This document shows, in pieces, positions 54,028-64,000 of a stretch of 64,000 nucleotides of DNA. The stretch covers positions 11,346,001-11,410,000 of the forward strand of contig NC_081331.1 of assembly GCF_022539665.2 (NCBI RefSeq). The letters are read 5' to 3'. Source of the stretch: Daphnia carinata (taxonomy: Eukaryota). The translations under genes and the position numbers were made by a program. Numbering within the stretch: the stretch's first letter is position 1; each line of letters begins with the position of its first letter. The notes below the pieces were generated by a model that made no database searches, was not told the DNA's origin, and saw nothing but the letters and a program-made list of their open reading frames with translations.

Positions 54028-56152
54028 AATTGAATGCTTACAGATAAACTGTGCTTACAGGAAACAATGCTTACCATTAAACGTGGCATAAACAATAAAG
54101 GAGAATTGAGAAAGCTAAATAAAAAAAAGATGATAAATGTAATGTGTGAAAACAGACAGTGAAAGAAACCATTTATATGATGATAATTATAAAACAATTT
54201 GCCAAAAAATTTTATAAATAAAATTTATTGACAATTCTCTGCACATTACAATTATTTTTGCAACTTTAAAAAGGCACAATAGCCCTTTCAAAAGTTGCCG
54301 TCAACCCAGGCAGGGGGAGACACTGCCTTGTTGACCCACCGGGGAGATTACCCGGTGATTGGCTAAGAGAAGCCGGAAGAAGAGCTGAAGATTTGGAACA
54401 TTTTTACAGGAGCGATTAACCTTTAGTTCGGATTTGTGGGTAGCCACATCGCCCTCCGTGAACACATCATCGGACTAAGCGGCACCCCACGTCCCCTTTC
54501 CGGCCAGAGCCCTCCAAACCTCGGTATATGTTGTTTTTATATATACCGTACAGTAGGGGCATGACCCCCTACGGGCTTATTACGAGTCAAGGGGAAACGG
54601 GGCTACGGAAAGGAAGGGAGCCCAGATATGCACTTCAATGTTTTAAATATAAAATACCGTCTCGGGAATTCGAATGAAGTATAGAAATATCATGTCATCC
54701 ATCCAATCATTACAATTTATCCAGTGTCATGCCCCAACCAAGAATTTTTTCAGATCCAATGTTACTATTAACCTACACTGAGAAAAGAAAAACAACACCA
54801 TTAAGCATATCAATTGTTGATCATGTAACTTATATGACTCATAGATTCAACTTCTTGTGGAAGCTTGGGGAAGGACATACAAATTGCAGATTAACATCAT
54901 TGTATAAGGCTCTTGAATGATAAACTAGCACCTGTACAATGTTGCATTGTTGATAGTTGTGTTCCCAGTACATGAAAATCCTTTCCTATTGGATAAAATT
55001 TTTTTTGGTAGATAAGACCTCGTTGGCAAAAAGGAGGAGAAATTCTTCGTCATAAATTCAAAATTATTTGAAGAAAAATCCTTTCATACCTAAAGAGTCC
55101 ATGTATGATGTTCATCTCTGCAATGGCAGCAAAATTAAAACATCTTTAGGGCCATTTAAGTACCCAGTTTCCCCAACACTCTGAACATAAAGGACAAGTT
55201 GTTCTTTAGACAGAGAAGCAGAATTATTTGAGGTTTCTAGCTGTGACAAAACTATAAAGGATTGCTGTTGTACTGGATTTATTAACACAAGATGGTACTT
55301 CTCATTAGGCAATTTGCATTACTCTATTAATTTACCTCACACCTTAATGGTAATGCACTCTGTGTTTTTTCATCTGTAGGCTGACTCTTCCATCCTGTAA
55401 CACTTCCAGACTTGATTTGATCCCCCGTTAAATTCTGTGAATGCAAAATAATAGCATTAAAAATACTTTTTCAATAGACATAAAACCGAAAAGTACCTAA
55501 TCCATGTTTCATGTTGAACTTGTGCTATATCTTGGTTTCCATACCACACCCATTTTCAGCCCAAATACGGTCCCACAATTGTTCAGTTCCTTCACTGCAT
55601 GGGCTTATTACTAACGATTCTTTTAGTGCAGCACTAACAGAATTTAAATTTAACACACTGTCAGGTGGTGGACTGAATAACTAAACAATAAATAATTGTT
55701 TGTTAAAATTCTATACTTATTTTGAATTCTTATTTGAAAAGTTTAGGTACCTGGCTGTGTTCGCCTAATGCCAACCCATCCTCACATTCAGTTAGGGATG
55801 AGTTTTGAAAAACCTCCTTCACTGTTTGGAAACTGTTCCGTTCCAATTTGTTCTTTTCCCCTAGCTGAGCTTGTAGACTCAAACTTTGAGCTACAAAACA
55901 CAAATGAATAAAAGCAAATAAATAGAATCATTATGTATTAGGCCTTACCATCCTTAGCTTTGCTGTTATCTAATATTTTGTGCTGTTGCAATAATTGAGC
56001 CTGCAGGTCCATAATTTGATCTTATAAACAATAATTAATAATTCAAAACAAATATAATAATGTTTATACTTACCATCCTTTTGTTGTATTATCTTATCCA
56101 TTTTTCAATTGTTCCTCCAGCCACGCGTTATTCTCCATCCACGCTACTAAAC

Positions 56153-56422
56153 CATGGCCTACTATAATGACGGCCAGCAAGCGCGCAATACCCCCTGCGC
56201 CTAAAACTAAATTGCCAGAGGGGCCTAATACCCCAAACCGAGCTCCACTTTCCACTGTTTGGTAACTAATACAGAATTGAAATGAGTGGAAAAACCAGTG
56301 GAAAGTGGAATTCTGTTTGAGGTACTACGACAGTAGTACCTCTCCACCATTGCCAATCAGTGGAAAAAGTAAAAGAAATAGGAATGGGTGGGATGAAGCT
56401 GTAGAAAGTGGACTTCGATTTG
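56153..56422. mobile_element. Truncated second copy of the P-like MITE
   Basis: Starts CATGGCCTACTATAATGACGGCCAGC and follows 49439 onward to ...GTGGACTTCGATTTG. The outer part of the right TIR is missing. Confidence 0.88.
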
Positions 56423-56794
56423 GGAATCAGTTCCCATAAGAGTTACTGATAATAATCAAAACATTTTAATCGGAAAATAAAGCGGTAAGAAAACTGCTAC
56501 AAATTTGTGAGGTGTCAAACGTGTGAATACCCACATAGTCAAGCATACAAGTTTCTGTGAATATTTGCAGACTTTGTTTTCAACAATTTTGTACTGAAAA
56601 TTTTTCACACAATTAAATGGTTTTTGCAACTTCTGAAAGGCAAAATAACTCTTTCAAAAGTTCCCTACGGTAAAAAATACCGTATACGTTATCGACTTTG
56701 ATAGAGTCCCTGCCGGGAAGTTAACAAAAGTATTTTATACTCTTACTTAATAACAGAAGTTATAGAATGGTCTAATTTGAACAAAAAACAAACG

Positions 56795-59919
<3,125 letters not shown>

Positions 59920-60710
59920 CTTCTTCGAAGTGATGCGTTTATAGCGGAATTTGAATATCAGAATTAGGCTATACGTCACTACTTTTACAACACTTCCAAC
60001 ATCACGTACACACATTTTGGGACCGTACTTAAAATAATGTAACGTCGGTGGGATCACTATGTATGACTGATAACTTTGATAAGAACGATTTGTGCCCGAA
60101 ACATGTTTTGGTATCCCCGATATCCCAAAGGAAAAACAAAGGAGCAGACTACCCTGACCACTAAAGCTAGGGAAACGAACTTTAGGGAACCGCTTTCTCG
60201 TCTGCTAGTCGATTTTGTGGGTTTTTAAGGAATTTGGCAAATCTGATTCTGAAATCTGAATGAAATTGTCAACAATGTATAAAACTCCAGAAGAGAAGGT
60301 GCGTTTAATAAATATTTTCATACCAATGTTTCAGTCGATATTTTTCCACGTGATTCTAAGACAATGAGTATCAGTCTGTAACATCTGTTTCTCGTATGCA
60401 AAAGAAGCACCTGTATTCCTGTTCCCATAGCCCATAGGCGATAGCCGAAGCCAACAGGCTGATTATTAGTTGCCGTTTCCCGCGTTTTTCAGCTGCACAA
60501 TGCAAAGCCAAAGTAAACACAATTAGGAGCAGACGACGCATCCGCGAAAATGCACGTGTGATAGGAAATTTAATCATTGTTCACTTAAAAACGATTGTTT
60601 TTGTCTCCGTATGGGACTTATAGTAGACATTAATAGAGCTAACAGTTTGTGATATATATATATAATATAACTCACAAGAACGTAGCTCTTTTTTCTTGAA
60701 GAAACGTATT

Positions 60711-63201
60711 ATGGATTCCAATGGCGAAAAGTGTGATATTCTACGTTTACCTTCTGAACTGTTGCTCCTTCTTATGGAACTTCTGTCGGGAAAAGACGTT
60801 ATAAATTTTTCATTAACCTGTAGACGAATCTTATATGTCTCACGCAATTTTCTCAGGTAAGAATTTTGTTTTAGTTAACAGAATCTTTCAATTTAGTTTC
60901 ATTGTTTTTAGATTGCTTCAGTTTGAAAATTGTTGGAGGACAGGAATCTCAGTTGAAGATTTCAAAGCATATCTGTCCCTTACTGTTGACCCTATCCAGC
61001 TAACTGAATGTAGCTTTAACAATTGTTATTGGATTCCTGCATTCTTTCTTCAAAACTTCATTAAAAAATGTGAAAATATAGAAGTGCTTAAAATTTCAGA
61101 AACAAAACTTAACTGTGGACATTTGGCACATATTTTTGGAAAGTGTAAAAGAATTACTAATCTTTCAATGACACTATCCGATGATGACCTCAAGTTAACT
61201 CAAAAGGATAAAAGAAATAGTTCACAACTATCCACAGTTGAGGTTCTCCGGCAAACTTGTCTGAAGGACTGCTGTGACAGTATGCGGAAACTCATTAAAT
61301 TGGAGTTAGTTCTATTTCATTCATCTCTCAGAGAGGCAACAATATTTTTAAGGTATTCATGGAAAATCAAGCTACCTGATAGTTTCACTATACTGTACCA
61401 ATTTTTATTTAAACATAGTTTCTGTGACAACTTAAAGGAGCTTACATTGATACCAGTAAAAGAACAAGATCCAAGCACTCACATGGACAACCCATTCTGT
61501 AATGTGAAAGGAAAATTCACTTTGAATTCTTTAGTGGTAGTTAATATGGAAGAAGACAGTGGAGGGTTGCGAATACCCCAACAGTCGTCGAAGCGTAGAT
61601 ACCAGGAGTATCTCGTTTTCAAAACAGATATGACACATCTGAAAAACCACTGGAATGATGCTTCTCCCTGTCCTGTTATCAGCGACAGGTTCTGTACATT
61701 AACGTTTAAACATTTCAGAATTCCAAGGGGAATGTTTGAAGTTTGGTGGATCGAAAAAAATGTACCTAGTCGCGCAGCAAATCTGACCGATCATGAATTA
61801 AAGGCTGATGGCTGGTACATAAATGACCCACTAGAAAGCATAGATTTAGAAAGCATCAGGAGTATACGGGAACCTTTCCCGGTGTTTATAAAAAAAGGGT
61901 TGAAGGCCCCTAATGCTAGGTTGATTTCCTGCTTCTACTCTGACCAAGTAAATATGTAAACCCAAAATAGTTGTTGGATTACTAATTTTTAACTATTTTA
62001 GGGATTCTCAGACTTTTGTCTTAATCATCCTCATCTCAAGGCACTGAAATTGAAAGCGCCTCCAGCATATGATGACTGGGGCAACGCCATGTTACAAACG
62101 AAGAATAAAGTTGTGGGAGAAGAATGGTATTCTAACTCTTGGGAGAACCTTACTCGGCTCCAAGCTTTCTCCGTTGAGCCTTCCTTATTGGTAGTTGGTA
62201 ATACTAAAACATTTACACAATTGTGCGGCTTAAAGAAAAATTTGAGATTTAGATCAAAAACGAGAGAGACCAATCCGAAAGCGTAAATTTGGCGAACCAT
62301 TTCATAATGCTGCTGAATCGAACCCAATTAGACCTTTGTCTGTCCTCGGAGTAGTCTTTAAAAGTTGTTTGCAAATAGAAGAACTAGAAATTGGGGTCTT
62401 TACAGACTTAAATGAAACGTTCCGCGTTGATGGGGAAGATTTGGCTCAGATAACGCAATGCAAACTGCTTAGGAAACTGACTCTTGTTAGCATTAATATT
62501 GTTGAAGGGGTATTTTTGGAAGAGGTAATAGTATTCTTTTAGAAATCTATTCAGTTTAAAATCTAGTTCACTTTTAACGTATATTTTTGTTCTATGGTTT
62601 CCAAAGGTATTAAGAGAATGTATTCACCTTGAGAGCCTAAGGTTGAAGAATCTCGGATCGCCCCTTCTGTGTTGCTATACGAAACACTTATGCGTCGCGC
62701 TTCCCAATGCTCGGAAACTAAATACGTTAAGGTACGTTAGGAAGTGTTTAAGTTTTAAATAAAACATTTTCTTCAGTCCGCTTTTCAAGTAGCATCTTTC
62801 AGCGTAACATGGTACCTCTGGCAAAGTTATTGGATTCTATCGAGCAATGCTCGGCACTTACCCGTTTGGGATTGGTTGCCCCTTCGGATGCGGCCCCTTT
62901 CAAATGGCCTGCTGGTGTTCTTACTCAACGCGTCGTCAAATTTTGCATGAAACTACAAAATCTGGTGGCCTTCTTTTGCGTTATGAATATTCCGAAATCT
63001 CACAAAGCTACGGTAACAAAACAGCTTCTGCACGTGATGTCTCCAATAAGGCCTAGTTTTTGTGTTGATATCCAGGCCACGAGTGAAAATAGTCTTGATC
63101 ACGAGTCGTTTTCATTACCTCTTGTACATCGTGAAGTTCTAGTTCATTGTAACAGCCGAATTGGCGTTGTGCCTTCCGATTTTAAGTCTTTCCTATTGTA
63201 A
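60711..63201 (+). CDS. F-box protein with LRR-like repeats; multi-exon
   Basis: N-terminal F-box LRLPSELLLLLMELLSGKDVINFSLTCRR, followed by LxxLxL repeats (CENIEVLKIS, CDNLKELTL, CLQIEELEIG, CKLLRKLTL). A possible extra upstream exon lies near 60275. Confidence 0.75.
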
Positions 63202-63383
63202 TCATTTTTGCAACAATTGTTGATGATGTTACTCCTGAAATCTTCTAAAATCAAATCCCGTAGACGAATTCCATTACTTCGTTTCAGTGGGTATTCCTTA
63301 TGGCTGAATATCGGATTACAATGCATTTGAACTGCTCAAACCCAGTACATTGATAGAGGATTAGCACTGTGTACTGAATGACT

Positions 63384-64000
63384 CTACCAATAGAATGGGG
63401 CTCTTTCTCTTAACAGTCTTACTCCAATTTTTTTCCATTCAGTGGGCCGAATCCACAATTCCTGTGCAGACTCTAGGCAGGACATGATAGCCGCGCCTTT
63501 CCATGCTACCATCGAAGGATCCATTTCTTTGGGTCCAACTATGATTTCGGTTTGCTCAGGGCGAAACAGGAAGGGGATTTGCAATAACAGCCTATTGTGC
63601 AGCCACGTCGATAATCCTTCAAATTTTGCTCCGCCTCCAACGAGAAGAATGCAAGAATACATTCGGCGTTTCATTTCATCCGAAGCTAGCACAAAAGCAA
63701 AAGGTTAAGTTACGCATTTCTTGCCGATTAAAATTTGCCAACTCACAACAGCGCTCAATAGAATGAAGAATGGCTTGGTCCAGACTGTATAACAGTTGCT
63801 GTTGGGGTTGGTCATCGGGCGCTGCATCTGCGGCTAAACTATCAACTACGAGATCATCCTCGCCTTGACCACCAGCATTGGTTGAGTTGTCAATTGGGTC
63901 CATGGAAGCTGTCGAAGTGCTTTGATTTTCCAGGGCTTCTTTGTGAGCCCTCCTCTACAACAAGATATTCTATTAATGATTTTCATCTTGGGATATTTAG
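63384..64000 (-). CDS. ACTR8: Actin-related protein 8 (INO80 complex); 3' exons only
   Basis: LDQAILHSIERC..DEMKRRMYSCILLVGGG..DPSMVAWKGAAIMSCLESAQELWI..EW..GVRLLRERAPFYW* matches the Arp8 C-terminus. Confidence 0.9.

Larger units (their letters stand above)
51437..56148. repeat. ~4.7-kb inverted duplication (palindrome) with ~2-kb arms and an ~0.8-kb spacer
   Basis: Arm ~51437-53395 is the reverse complement of ~54192-56148 at high identity. Mirrored ORFs confirm this (52272-52472+ vs 55112-55312-, and 52664-53056- vs 54729-54920+). More diverged symmetry continues into the spacer. Confidence 0.95.

Noticed and set aside
51437..56148. Polinton/Maverick element suggested by AGT...ACT termini and long inverted arms
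   Set aside because: There is no 6-bp TSD (TAATTG vs AAACCA) and no polymerase, integrase or capsid ORFs.

Overview
This is gene-dense eukaryotic DNA with short (~55-80 nt) GT-AG introns. It is arthropod-like, and a branchiopod crustacean such as Daphnia is my inference. Protein genes in order: WDR1/AIP1 (5' part), two tandem innexins, three tandem acid sphingomyelinases, SAC2/INPP5F (with an apparent 1-nt frameshift), SMC3, COG7, TOPBP1, MRPL36, USP10, ACBD3, an RDH11/12-like SDR, PEX6, an F-box/LRR-like gene and the 3' end of ARP8. The most striking signal is in three consecutive USP10 introns. One holds a complete nuclear RNase P RNA whose P1 helix extends into a canonical box C/D terminal motif at a snoRNA-like distance from the 3' splice site. 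The next holds a SNORD60/snR48-like C/D snoRNA, and the third a U19/SNORA74/snR191-like H/ACA snoRNA. Other non-genic structure includes a ~13-copy 148-bp tandem array whose unit is a 57-nt intron plus a 91-nt exon, and a transposon-rich block (49.1-56.7 kb). That block contains a P-like MITE with a perfect 8-bp TSD, a TIR element, and a ~4.7-kb palindrome with tRNA-derived remnants in its spacer. Exon boundaries and RNA pairings were read by eye and no searches were run.
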